Of a stretch of DNA of 64,000 nucleotides, positions 1 to 12,625 are shown one piece after another. Position 1 is the first letter of the stretch; each line of letters starts with the position of its first letter. The translations under genes were made by a program, and so were the position numbers. The DNA comes from Neolecta irregularis DAH-3 (Eukaryota): positions 1 to 64,000 of the forward strand of contig LXFE01000257.1 in the NCBI GenBank assembly GCA_001929475.1. The letters run 5' to 3'. The notes under the pieces were generated by a model that did not search any database, was not told where the DNA came from, and was given only the letters and a program-made list of their open reading frames with translations.

Positions 1-70
1 GCTGCGACGGTCATAAGGCGGCTGCGACGGATAAGGCGGCTGCGACGGATAAGGCGGCTGCAACGGTCAT
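1..70. repeat. GC-rich 18-bp tandem repeat (gcggctgcgacggataag), ~4 copies, may continue past the window start
   Basis: Directly visible: units at 18-35 and 36-53 are identical, with variant copies at 1-17 and 54-70. Confidence 0.9.
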
Positions 71-137
71 GGAGGACGTCCGGTGTTTCTTTCTCTCCCT
101 CCTCCCTCTCCCTTCTCCTTCTCCCTCCACTCCCCCG

Positions 138-1088
138 ATGCCGCGCCTGTCTCGCGTCTGCCTGCTGCAGTGCCCTCCCGCCCGCCTGCTGCAGTTCTCT
201 CCCGCCCGCCTGCTGCCCATCGTCGTGCGGCCTGCGTCTGCCGACTCTGCGCCTGAGTCTGCCCAGCACCGCCCTGCACCCGTGTCTCAGTACCGCGATC
301 AACCCCGCGACCAGCACAGCGACCAACCCCGATCACCCCGCGACCAGCACAGCGATCAACCCCGCGACCAGCGCCCCGATCAACCCCGATCACCCCGCGA
401 CCAGCACCGCGATCAACCCCGATCACCCCGCGACCATGCGTCCTCTGAACACCCTCCCCCAGACCGCGCCAGCCACTTTGCCGGCCGCCCGCAGTACCGC
501 AGCTCCATCCTCCGCTTCATGCCCTCAGTCAAACCCCCCCGCCCAAAGCTCAGCAACAAGCTGCCCCAGGACGCCTACATCAAAGCCCCCTTCATCAACC
601 TGGTCGACCTCGACGGCAAGCTCCACCCCCGCCACAAAAGAGCCTCGGTCCTCTACGACCCCGCCCTCTACACCCTCGTCTGCCTAACCCCCGGCACAGA
701 TGTCCCCACCTGCAAGCTGATCGCAAAAGACCAGCTGGCCCACATCCACGAGGAAAAATCTGTCGAAAGATTAAAGCTCAGACGAAACATAAACAACTCC
801 ATCAAGGAATTCAATCTAACCTGGACAATCTCAGAGATGGACATCAAGCACAAAATAGCTGGTGCTATAAACCACTTGGAAAAAGGCGGTGTCGTCCAAG
901 TTCACTTTGAAAACAAGAAGCGCAAAAATGCTACAGATAGTCAGTATCGACAGAATCTCCTCACAAGAGTTGAAAATATCTTGAAAGATCATGGAAAGGA
1001 ATGGAGAAGCCAGATTGGTACCGTCAGGAGTACAGTCGTCATTTATTACAAAGGTAATGTTCAACCTGTAGAAGATTTAATAGAATGA
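138..1088 (+). CDS. Mitochondrial translation initiation factor IF-3-like protein (Aim23-like), intronless
   Basis: IF3-N-like segment (LPQDAYIKAPFINLVDLDG...PTCKLI) and IF3-C-like segment (IKEFNLTWTISEMDIKHKI...LEKG). ATG 138 begins an Arg/Leu-rich presequence-like stretch; an upstream in-frame ATG exists at 69. Confidence 0.75.
   Translation: MPRLSRVCLLQCPPARLLQFSPARLLPIVVRPASADSAPESAQHRPAPVSQYRDQPRDQHSDQPRSPRDQHSDQPRDQRPDQPRSPRDQHRDQPRSPRDHASSEHPPPDRASHFAGRPQYRSSILRFMPSVKPPRPKLSNKLPQDAYIKAPFINLVDLDGKLHPRHKRASVLYDPALYTLVCLTPGTDVPTCKLIAKDQLAHIHEEKSVERLKLRRNINNSIKEFNLTWTISEMDIKHKIAGAINHLEKGGVVQVHFENKKRKNATDSQYRQNLLTRVENILKDHGKEWRSQIGTVRSTVVIYYKGNVQPVEDLIE
293..434 (+). repeat. Coding minisatellite (24/33-nt units) encoding RDQ(H/R)xDQP(RSP) repeats in the IF3 N-terminal extension
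   Basis: Repeated ccccgcgaccagcacagcgatcaac/cccgatca units, about 5 copies, all in frame. Confidence 0.9.
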
Positions 1089-1120
1089 TTTGATTTGATC
1101 AAACCCTACAAAGCGTGGAC

Positions 1121-1353
1121 TAATTGAATACCACTAGATACTACTATATTACTTGCAAATTAAATGCAAGCGTCATCCTACCCGGCCACGCGCGCGCATC
1201 GCCAGCAGCCATTGTTATGCTAATTGAAATATTATAATTGAATACCACTAGATACTACTATATTACCTTCCAAATTAAATGCAAGCATCCTCCTTTTTAA
1301 ATGCAAGCATCCTCCTTTACTCCAAATCAATACCCATTGTTATGCTATGAAAT
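1121..1353. repeat. Local direct duplication in the gap between two convergent genes
   Basis: taattgaataccactagatactactatattac...aaattaaatgcaagc at 1121-1171 and 1235-1286. ccattgttatgcta at ~1209 and ~1334. Extra taaatgcaagcatcctcct copy at ~1298. Confidence 0.85.
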
Positions 1354-2369
1354 CATCGCTTTTTGCCTTGCTATTGCAAACGCTGCCAGCCACCGATTAA
1401 GCGTCTCTTCGCTCGAAGCTGCCATTCGATAGATTTTCCGATCCGTAATGATTTGGAAACAGTTATCCTTGTGTTTAGCCACCCCGTCAATCTCCACAAC
1501 TTCAGCAATTTCCGCAGTTGGTATTATTTTCTTGACCTTGTATTCCTCACAGTTAAGCTCGCTTTATGACTAGGAAATACCTCCGAATCAGGATAAAAAG
1601 CCAAAGACTTTCCACGAAGTACTATCCATCGTTTCTTCATCTTGTACCGTGATTGGATTTCCAAATGACCCTGCATAATAACTTTATCCTCCTTGGACTC
1701 GGTCGTTTTGTCCGAATTAAATGTAGATCTAATACCCCCAAATCGGGGATGTGAACCCGCAGACGATTTGTTCTCGCTCCCAGAGAGATACCCCCTCTCC
1801 GACCCCGAAATTATGTCCGACGGCGGTCCATCGGCATAATGCGACACATCAATCACTGGAGCACTCAACTGGGTCTCCTCAAGGTGGTCGGTCAATTCGG
1901 CTGTTTTGCGGATGTTATCAACCCAGGAATCAGTATCCGCGCTACTGTCTGCCGAGAAATAAAACGTCCGGTTTCGCGTAAACAAACCAAACACTACCCC
2001 CTTAGCCAGATGCAACTCCAAACGTACCGTTATCCCGCTTCCCTTTAATCCTCGCAGTAGCGGTCATCTCAGTAGTAGGAATAACTCGAAGGACTTTGTA
2101 CTCCTGAACTGTCAACAAACTCTACTTGCACCAGCAATGCCTTTTCATCTTTATAATATGCAAGCTGATGCGGTCTCAGCACGAACCAGCGGCGTTTCCA
2201 CTGCTTTCTCGTCAACCCAACTCACTAACAGAGATACCATCTTCCTTGTTTTTTTGTGCAACCACCCTACATGGACAATCTTTTCACCAGGAAGAATATC
2301 TTCATACAAAACCTCGCCAGCCTCGTTGGTGTCTGATACAGTGCTGGGTAAGGGAGACAGGTGTGTCAT
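1353..2369 (-). CDS. Tandem PH-domain protein (Opy1-like), 5 exons
   Basis: PH1 GWLHKKT..QWKRRWFVLRPHQLAYYKDEK|EYKV and PH2 QGHLEIQ..KKRWIVLRGKSLAFYPDSE|EYKV. Introns include 2204-2237, 2104-2140 (GC-AG) and 1546-1580 (GAG acceptor). Confidence 0.8.
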
Positions 2370-2552
2370 GTGTCGGAAAGGAATTGATCGAGGGATATGA
2401 ACGTCCGAGGTTATATCCTCCTCAGCAACAACACCTTGAATACATAAAACATATATTTAAATAGTGCACTCTGCTTATACAATAGATTAATGCATCTTTT
2501 GCTGCAACATGGCCAAGATGTCCTTGACGCAACTTTATACTTTTCTACTACA

Positions 2553-5500
2553 ATGCCATCACCAGCAGAACTCGCCACCCTGCAATCACATCCCAATGCG
2601 ATTCGCAATATCTGCATCCTTGCACATGTAGACCACGGCAAGACAAGCCTTTCTGATTCATTGCTCGCTTCAAATGGCATCATCTCGGCAAAGTTGGCCG
2701 GAAAGATTAGGTTTGTGTTCAAAAGACAGTGCTGATTACAGGTATCTCGATTCGAGAGAGGACGAGCAAATTCGAGGAATAACGATGAAATCGTCGGCTA
2801 TCTCTTTGTATTACAGAATTATGAGGGCTCAAGAAGATGGTGCGTCTACTTTGTTCTCAACTCAACTGCAGAATCATACAAAGCTTTTGAATACCTAATC
2901 AACCTGATCGATTCTCCCGGTCATGTAGACTTTAGCTCAGAAGTCTCTACAGCCTCAAGATTATGCGATGGAGCTCTAGTTCTCGTAGATGTCGTCGAAG
3001 GAGTATGCAGTCAAGCAAGTCGTTGTTCTTTCCCTCATTAATATCAGACAGTGACTGTTCTTCGTCAAGTTTGGACAGAACGAATTAGACCTATACTCGT
3101 CTTCAACAAAATAGATCGATTGATCACAGAGCTACGATTAACACCCCTCGAAGCCTACACCCATATGACCAAACTTCTAGAACAGGTCAATGCCGTAATG
3201 GGCTCATTCTTTGCCGGTGATCGAATGGAGGAGGATGCAAAATGGCGGGAGAGGAAAGAAGTAGGCGATCTCCATGATGAATTTATCGAAAAGGACGATG
3301 CGGATATTTATTTTGCCCCGGAAAGAGGGAACGTTGTATTCTCAAGTGCAATCGATGGATGGGCTTTCCGAATCGACCAGTTTGCAAAACTGTATTCAAA
3401 GAAAATGGGCATCAAAGAAGCCAACTTGAAAAAAGTCTTATGGGGAGACTATTTCTTTGACCCTAAAACGAAAAAGGTGCTACAGACAAAACATCTCAAG
3501 GGACGAAATTTAAAACCGATTTTCGTACAACTTGTTTTGGAGAATCTGTGGACGGTGTATCATTGTACTGTTATTGAAAAGTAGGTTCGTTGCTACTAAC
3601 TCACTGAGAGCTAATCTCTTAGAAATCAAGAAAAAGTTGAAAAAGTTGTCGAGGCATTGGAATTGAACATTCTTTCACGAGATATAAAGTCAAAGGATTC
3701 TCGAGCTTTATTGTCAACTATAGTATCCCAATGGCTGCCGTTATCTAGAGCAGTTCTCCTTGCAGTCATCGAAGAAATACCCACTCCAAGAGACTCGCAG
3801 AAACTTCGATTCCCTCAAATTATCTCAGAAGCACCTTTTTCCAAAATGCTGTCTCAAGAAATCAAAAAAGCAATGATTTCTTGTGATGGCAGCTCGGATG
3901 CGCCAGTTTCGGCTTACGTTAGTAAATTGATGGCAGTTCCCGAATCAGAACTCCCAGAGAAACAACGAAAGCAAATCACTGCCGAAGAGATGCGAGAACG
4001 AGGTCGTATACGTAGGGAGGCAAAAGGTCTCGAGTTGAAAAACGAATCCACCGAAATCGCCACAAATTCAGCAAATTCCACTCCTGAGGAAGAGCAACTC
4101 GAAGAAAACGAAAAGAAAGACAAGCAAGTGTTGATTGGATTCGCGAGACTGTATAGTGGAGTGATTAAAGTCGGTCAAGAATTGATTGTCCTTGGGCCGA
4201 AATATAAACCCTCGGAACCAGATCAACACATCTCTCGTATAATAGTGAAGAGCCTCTACATGATGATGGGCCGGGATCTACTTTCCCTGGACTCTGTTCC
4301 CGCAGGAAACGTATTTGGAATCGGTGGTCTAGAAGGCAAAGTTTTAAAAAGCGCAACATTGTATAATACTGAAGGAGGTATCAATTTTGCGGGCGTGACA
4401 ATGGGAACGAACCCTATTCTTCGAGTTGCTCTTGAACCTGTTTTTCCGCTGCAGATGGAACAGTTGGTTGAAGGGTTAAAATTGTTGAATCAGGCAGATC
4501 CCTGTGTGCAGGTTTTAATACAGGATACTGGGGAACACGTTATTCTTACTGCAGGAGAATTACACTTGGAGGTTTGTCCTGAGAATAATCACTATACTGA
4601 TAAGATTAGAGATGCTTGAAAGATCTAAGGGAGCGATTTGCAAAGATTGATATCACATCTTCCGAACCTATCGTTTCCTTTAGGGAGACGATCGTTGATG
4701 CAGTTGGTACGTCTTATAAATAAGAGTTGGCACTGAATCTAGATATGACAAAGGACTCGAGAGGAAGAATTGAGGTTTCGATTTCTTCCAAGCAAGTCAC
4801 TCTGCAATTCCGCATCCGACCTTTACCTTCAAATGTCACTGAATACCTAAAAACACATAATTTCCCAGCCAAGGGTGGAGACCGGAGAGCTAACGAAATC
4901 GGGAAAGAAGCAATCGAAGATGTCGAACAAAAGGAACTGGAAATGACACTTGAGAACTTTAAATTAGGGTTGGAGAAGGCTTTTGAAGCCGAAGGGGATG
5001 GGGATTCTTGGGAGGGCGTTGTTGATCAGATATCTGCGTTTGGACCAAGAAAAATCGGCGCAAACATATTGGTCGATCAAACTGGAGTTATTAGGAAATT
5101 GTACGTCTTTAAAATAGCAAAACTAACTAGTCCAGGTTTCCAGCAAGGCTTCCTGAACATGATTTGAAATTCCCAGATTATTGTTCTGGAATCACAACTA
5201 GAGATATTGGAGATCATATCCTCACTGGTTTCCAGCTTTCCGTGTTGTATGGACCTTTGTGCTCTGAACAAGTGGAAGGAATTGCCTGCTTTATCGAGAA
5301 AATCGAACTGTCCATTCCCCAAGACGAGAATGATCGTTCGCGGATATCCCAATTATCCGGGCAAGTAATATCCGCAACTCGCGACGGAATTCGTCAAGCA
5401 TTTCTAGAATATTCGCCACGTCTAATGCTTGCGATGTACACCTGCGACATCCAAACGTCACCCGATGTCCTTGGAAAAGTCTATGCTGTAGTTTCCCAAC

Positions 5501-5877
5501 GACGAGGACACATCGTCTCTGAGGAAATGAAAGAAGGAACTCCATTCTTTACTATTAAAGCGAAAATTCCAGTCATCGAATCCTTTGGATTTGCAGATGA
5601 TATTCGGAAACGTACTTCAGGCGCTGCAAGTCCACAGTTGATTTTCGGGGGATTCGAAATTTTAGATCAGGATCCCTTTTGGGTTCCTACTACTGAAGAA
5701 GAACTCGAAGATCTGGGAGATACTGCGGATAAAGAGAATATCGCAAAGCGATATATGGATTCTATTCGAAAGAGAAAGGTATGTCTCTTGTTCAATGTCG
5801 ACTAAGAAATAAAGGGATTGTTTGTGGAAAAGAAGCTGATTAAGAATGCAGAGAAGCAAAGGACTTTGAAACGGTAG
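2553..5877 (+). CDS. EFL1: Elongation factor-like GTPase for 60S maturation (Efl1/Ria1), 9 exons
   Basis: G1 [28 protein letters not shown]-terminal [14 protein letters not shown]...[18 protein letters not shown]. Introns 2711-2741, 2840-2871, 3015-3047 (GC-AG), 3581-3622, 4572-4609, 4707-4742, 5101-5135, 5779-5814. Confidence 0.95.
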
Positions 5878-6114
5878 GTTTCATCAGCGTCTTTGAGGCA
5901 TTTCAAATTCTGGGCATTGTAGAATAGTTTCTAAAAACATGGGGTCGATAAAATAGAGTCACAATAGTCCTTTGTGTCATTGTGCTCTCTATATCACGGT
6001 TCAAAAGTGAAGGTCGAAAGACGGCATTGATTCATTCAAAAACATGAAAGTATTACTAGATGCAAATTAGACCCAATAAATCCCCCGCAGATAAATAGTC
6101 AGGTATTAAAATTC

Positions 6115-7636
6115 CTAGCCAAGACTAGCCATTTTGGCAGCCTGTCCCAATATCTTTGCCTGTCTAGCAATTTCGCTTAATCGACCAAGTACAATTTCAT
6201 TACCATGAACAAATCCGTATATTTTATATTCAATACCAACTTTTTTGCAAAATTCACGGACAAGGGGTTGAATTCGACGAAGATTGTGGCGTGGGATTCG
6301 AGGGAATAAATGATGAATAGCTTGAAATTGTAGACCGCCGTGGAAAAAATCAAGCCATTCGGGACAATCTACATCCATCGTTGTTCGTAATTGTTTTTGA
6401 GCAAAAGATTCATGGATGCCAAGATCTGCTGTAGACATTGCAAAATGGGACAAGGTGATTTGAACATGCAGTGGCATTGTTATAACATGGCTGATTAGAA
6501 TGTACCATATTCGTGTGTTTGTGTCAGGAAGAGTCTTGTAGAGGAGGAGGTATCCGAACCAGTACCAAAAGGCGATTAATCCGACTAGTTCAATGTACCA
6601 CAACCAAACTGCCTTACCCTTTCGCGGACCCCGGCGAGCGAGAATATGGTCCCAGCTAAGACGGTATAAATTGAACCGACCAAAGCATAAAAGAGGGTAG
6701 TATGTCCAATTTTGAAACGGAACGACGAGTTTTGCAAATGGATCGTAAGGGAGGATTTTATCGTAGTAGGTAGAACGTATTGAATTGAGCAGACTGAGGT
6801 CAATTGCGAAAAAGGGAAGATGTTGGATATCAGGATCGTGTAGAGGGTGATTTGTGACTAAATGATGGACATTATGATTCCGTTTCCACCAACCAAGACT
6901 TAATCCTCCCACGAAATCCGCGACAAAAATCCCAATAATATTATCAATAAAGTAATGGTGCGTGATACCGAGGTGACCGGCATCATGTGCAAGAAAGGTG
7001 AGTTGGTGCCACAGTATCCCGAGAAATAAAGCAGAGAGTTTGTAGTAGTGTAAATGCAAGAATATCATGGAGAGGCTTAGAAACGAGGTATATCGGAGGC
7101 AGTTTTTCAGGTAGTCTCTATACCGACAATTATACCATCCTTCTCGGCGTAAACGGTGGTCTAATGCTCGGTATTCCATTGTAATACGGGATTGTGTGGA
7201 AAAATCAAGCGATGGATATTCGATGAGATCTCGAGCAATTTGGTTATCAACAGCAGAGACTGCGAAAGAAACGTTGGGTTTCGATCGGCCTCTGTCCAAC
7301 ATACTTCGCTCGTAGTTGTCCGGATCATTGAAAAGTCCACCTTGTATGGGAGGCAGAAAGTTTTCCCAAGGTTCCTCAACTGGTCCTATCGAAAAAGCCT
7401 TCATCCGCCAAAGGGTTTCTTTAGAGTGGTAGCTATAATTTAGATCTGTGAGCCATGGGTCCGCACGCATTCATCTCGTCTGTCGCATCTCGTCCCACAG
7501 CATGGAGAATTGCCTTGTCTCCTCCAGGATGATTAACAAGCCACGAATCGAGTTTGAGGACTCGTCCTTGGTAAATAACGAGGACATGACCTTGAGCGAT
7601 TAGATCAGAGACGTATTCTCTGCTGAGAACGGCCAT
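6115..7636 (-). CDS. SLD1: Sphingolipid delta-8 desaturase (cytochrome b5 fusion), 2 exons
   Basis: HPGG b5 motif; His boxes HDAGH, HNVHH, QAIHHLFP. Intron 7433-7466 (34 nt, donor GTGCGG). Confidence 0.9.
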
Positions 7637-8385
7637 AGACGGACAGAGAGTGGAAAGCCAATGGCAGTTAACAGATGGCAAAAATAGATAGTGGCGACGT
7701 TGCGGTAGATTTCATGCGGCTAAAACCCCCATATCATGTGGATGAGTGTTGCTGATTTCTCGGGAGACTTTGGGTTGCGACTGAATAGTGAGGCGTCACT
7801 TGAAGTAACGAATAATTACTAGATACCGTAGCGGGTAGAGCCAGGTTAGTCTGGGAGGCGTCTTTAGGTAGTTGATATTATAAAACCCCTTTCCGTGTGT
7901 AACACGCAGGCTACAGTTGTAGAGCTTTGCAGCCTTAGATGACTGGGATAAACCCGAGAAAATAGATTGTTAGATTCCTTTGCTGGATGAATAGAGCATT
8001 ATTCACTGGCCCTACAAGCAAGCACCTACAGGTCTACTTCTAGGAAACAGAAATAGTCGTGTCAGTTATAGAACCCTAGCCTCTGACCAAAGGAAATTCA
8101 AAATATCCTCCAAAAGATTACTATATCATTTTCGTAACACATGTGGGAGCTCTCCTTATCTAGTCTTTCTGTATTCCGCAACCTTCAATGCAGTTACAGT
8201 TGTCTATACCGCTGACTTGCTCGAGTACCTATACTGGATGTCCATCAAACTATCATATCAAGCATAATAGATGCTCTAATCAGATTATAATATTAAGCAT
8301 CATTCTAATCAAGCGGTCAAACCATTGAATCACACCAATTCACACACCACTAGCTGAATAAAATCGATCTCGGGCAGATAGAGAG

Positions 8386-9565
8386 TCAGCATTGTATCCT
8401 TTACTTACAGCAAAGTCGGAGCTACGGGGGGCGGACATATCCGAGACGTGATAGTCGTCGATAATAGGATGCATCAAGACTGTTTGTTTGTTTATTGTAA
8501 TTACGGCTACAAGTTAGTTTTGATATTCAGGATTCACGACAATTTGTGGGAACTGCGATCCATGGATTTTTTGGGTCCCAGGTCAAGGGTTCACTAGGAT
8601 TAGGATGTATGTTGGGAAATGATACCTGGCGATCATGATTACTTCTTGGCCTTTGTCTTTGCGTTCCATTTTGTATTGGCCATCTGCGATTTGGACGAAT
8701 TTTGATCCACTGATGAAATATAGACTTGCAGCAGTTGAAGTTTTGCTAGAGATGTATCTTGTGCACACGACGCTGAAACCGTCTGTGACGCAAAAGTTCA
8801 ACAGGCTTGGTTCTGGGTTTGTTGTGGAATCATTTATCCAGGAGATGAGCTGTGAGATAGTATCGAGCATTGCGGCGCGGATGACACTGTGGCCGAAATC
8901 TACGCCTTGACGGGAGGGGTCGACGCCTCTGTCTTGGAGTTTCTGGAGGAAGAGAGCAAAGGACTGGGGTTAGACAGAAAAGGAGGCGGAGTTACCCATT
9001 CGCTGTCTGTTCCTCCTTGGACGTGGTCGTAGAATTGATCCGTGAGGGAGGCCTGGAGTTTGCGTTTGATCTTTTTGAAGGAGGCAACGCTGCCGTTGTG
9101 CATCCACATGAAGGAGTTGTATGCCCTGGAAATGTGAGAGGGGGGACAGTACAAGAGAACCATGGATGGCAGTTTGTTTCTGAAAGAGAACCTGGCGGTT
9201 CAGTACCCCGTTGATAACGACGTACCTGCCGTAGAAGCTCTGATGTGGGCAAAGACGAGTCTGCTGCGGGTCTTTTCAGCAAGACGGGCGAGGTTTGAGT
9301 CGTTCCATGCGGGGATGACTGAATTGTATATGCAGGGCGTGAGATGCAGGTGGTTGGTTGTATCATTCGAGTAGTAGCCAATGCCATGGCCATCGCCGTT
9401 GATGGGACGAGCGTGGTCGAGTCGCAGCCGCGCATCGAATGATTGGCTGTCTGTGAGTATAAATGCCTCTTTCTAGGCTTGCTGGATGAGAGAATGCGAT
9501 GGATTTGTGAGCAGATGCGCAAGCACAATGGCGTCGCAGCCTTTATAAAGAAGCAGGCGGCACAT
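8386..9565 (-). CDS. DUG3: Class II (Ntn) glutamine amidotransferase, Dug3-like; 3' end approximate
   Basis: Spliced N-terminus MCRLLLYKG...HSLIHQSFDARLRLD...NGDGHGIGYY, AHIRAST, NCHPW, MHNG, GTDSEW, IASEPLT. First intron 9447-9482 is GC-AG. Confidence 0.88.
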
Positions 9566-9755
9566 AGTAACGAATCGTAAACAGTAGCGAGTCAGTAGTA
9601 AGTGTCAGCCTGAGTGTAATAGCCAATAGTGAATAGTCAATAGTGAATAGTCAATAATCAAGAGTAAGTGGTGGTTAATAGATAGGTTGTCCTCAGTGGT
9701 TACTGGTCTATAATGCCAGCAGTCATCAGGAGAGTCAATAGTCATCTATCAGCTC

Positions 9756-12324
9756 ATGATTCGCCGCTTCCACTCTCTCCTCAGATCCAGATCTGCTATT
9801 CACCACCAGAGAAACACCCGTCTCTATTCCTCGCCCGTCGCTAAAGCTCTTCTCAGGTCGCTGCGCTTTCCCGCGCTCGGTGCTGGTGCCGGCGTCTCAA
9901 TCCTCGTCTGGGCAGACAACAAATTTGCCGAAGCTGCGGGCTACACAAAAGCAATTTGGGACTCAACTGCCGATACCCTGGCTAAAAGCTGGTCGAATAT
10001 CGCAGATGCTGCGGGATGGTTTCGGTTTAATGGACACTCAAACAAAGATCCCAAATCCACAACAACAATCACCGTGGCTGCGGCTACGGCTGCTGCATAT
10101 GCATTGGCAGACGATGACGACCTAGAAAATACCCGCAACCCCTTTGATGCCAACCACGACGATCAGATAATCGCCCTTACAAAAACAATGATCGAAATCC
10201 GTACCCTCCTTCAACAAGCGGGAAACACCACCGCCCTCATTATGCCCAGTATCGTCGTCATCGGCTCACAAAGCTCAGGCAAGAGCTCTCTCCTAGAAAC
10301 GATAGTCGGCCATGAATTCCTGCCCAAGTGCCTGCGTTCTCCTTACATATTCACTAACTCGCTCAGAGGTAATAATATGGTCACCCGCAGACCAGTAGAA
10401 TTAACCCTCATTCACACCCCAGACTCTGCTTCAGAGTACGGGGAATTCCCCGCTTTGAAACTCGGCCGTATCACGGATTTCTCCCAAATCCAGAAAACCC
10501 TCACAGACTTGAATCTCGCCGTGTCAGAATGGGTCACCGACGATCCAATACAACTAAACATATACTCCCCCCGCGTCCCAGACCTTAGTCTCATCGATTT
10601 ACCAGGATATATCCAGGTCACAAATCAAGATCAGCCTGATCGCCTGCGTGAAGAAATAGAACTCCTTTGTGAAAAATACATTAAACCCCCGAACGTTATT
10701 CTCGCTGTATGCGCAGCAGATATCGACCTAGCAAACTCCACAGCCCTCAGAGCAAGTAAACAAGTCGATCCAAAAGGCGATCGGACACTTGGCGTAATCA
10801 CAAAAATGGACCTCATTCCCGCGCAGGAAGGCTTCGAAATCTTATCCAACAACCGCTACCCCCTTCGACTAGGCTACATTGGCGTGATTTGTAAAGTTCC
10901 CCCACAAGGACTAATACGTCGATCCCGCAACATCACAGATCTCGTAACCAAAAATGAACAAGCATATTTCTCTGGTCACCCAGAGTACGAAAGCTGTGTA
11001 GTCGGCTCACTAAATCTCCGCAAACAGTTAATGAGAGTCCTTGCAAATTCAATGGCAAACAGTCTTCAAGCAACCCACAACCAGGTCAAGAAAAGCCTCG
11101 AACAAATCTCGTACCAATATAAAGTAAAATATAACGAACGCAATTTGACTCCAGAATCCTACGTCGCCCAAACAGTGGACCAAATAAAATCCCATTTCAA
11201 ACAAATCTCATCAAACCTCGACCGTCAAAAAGTCCGAGACCTTCTCAAAGAAAGAATTAACGCACAAGTATTAGATTTATTAGCTGAACTATATTGGGAC
11301 GTACAGGCTCATGAACCCAATATGACTGATCTTCCCCAAGCAAAACTCGACGATAAATACTGGAAAGCGAAATTGGAGACGGCGACCTACCGTCTTACTA
11401 GACTAGGCATAGGCCGTTTATCTACAGAAGCAACAGTCGATCGCGTAAGAGAATTAATCACGCAAATATGTAACGATTCATCTATCCACTCCCACGATTT
11501 CGCGAAACAACAAGTCATTCAAGCTTCTGAAGATATAATTGAACCAAAGGCATATCAAGCATCCGATCAAGTTGAAAATTGTATAAAACCTTTAAAATAC
11601 GAGATTGATATCGAGGAACGTGAATGGGACTGTGCAAGAATCAGAGCACTTGATCTTATTTCTACCGAAATTGAATTATTGGATCATGTTTTTGAGAAAA
11701 TTAGGGAAAGTGTAGGGAGTCGGTATCTTGGTAAAGTCACTTCTCTTCTCAGGGAGCATCAAGATGAGGATATTGAATTATTGGAAGGAAAAAGTGGGTA
11801 CAGTCTTGCTGTTTTGGAAAAGGGTAAGAAAAGAAAAGATTAAATGTAGGAGAGGACTAACATTTTAGGAAAGGAAGCTCTTCGGTGGAAACAACGAGCA
11901 GAGTTACTTCATTTTCGTAAAAGAGTGGTGTCTGGAAAACAATGCAAGTCGGTTAAAAACAGCTCGTTATGTCCTGAAGTTTTTCTTGACGTAGTTGCCG
12001 AAAAACTCGTATCCACAGCCGTGATGTTTATCAACGTTGAATTAATCTCTGAATTCATTCATCAGGTACACCTTTCCTTTTTATCTTCTAGGATATCTTT
12101 AATGGTATTTTTAGTTCCCGAGGGAGATTGATCATCGGCTGTTACAATCACTTACCCCTGAACAAATCGAATCATTCGCACGAGAAGATCCAGTTGCGAG
12201 AGATCATATTGATCTTCAAAGCAAAAAAGATTGTCTTGAACAAGCGTTGATTAAAATTGAGGGAATTATGGCTAGAGATCAACTGTCCAGACGGTCGAGA
12301 AGGAATGCAAGATATAGATTCTAA
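9756..12324 (+). CDS. MGM1: Mitochondrial dynamin-like fusion GTPase Mgm1/Msp1, 4 exons
   Basis: Presequence, two hydrophobic segments, GSQSSGKS, VTRRP, DLPG, TKMD. Introns 10328-10366 (in-frame, no stop), 11824-11868 and ~12066-12114. Confidence 0.95.
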
Positions 12325-12625
12325 TTACCTTCTTGAATGAAATGATTGACTTTTAAATACTGAATAGTTTACTCTTACTGTATTTCAATAAACGGCAGCA
12401 TTCGTTTATTCCTATTACAAGACAATTCTGCAGCTCACAAATATTTCTGAATCTTTTCAACATCGATCCTTATCCACTGTGGAGGTTTGAAATAAAATGA
12501 CTGATTCGCTCATATTAACTACATTGCTTATACTAGATTTCCCAATTAACCCGTCCTTGGTGCCATCCGTTTACAATTCTACAGTTTAACATTTCAACCA
12601 ATAAACAATGAACGCACAAATAACA

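Noticed and set aside
1-434. Repeats as a CRISPR array or telomere
   Set aside because: No unique spacers, eukaryotic context, not a telomeric motif; these are simple minisatellites.
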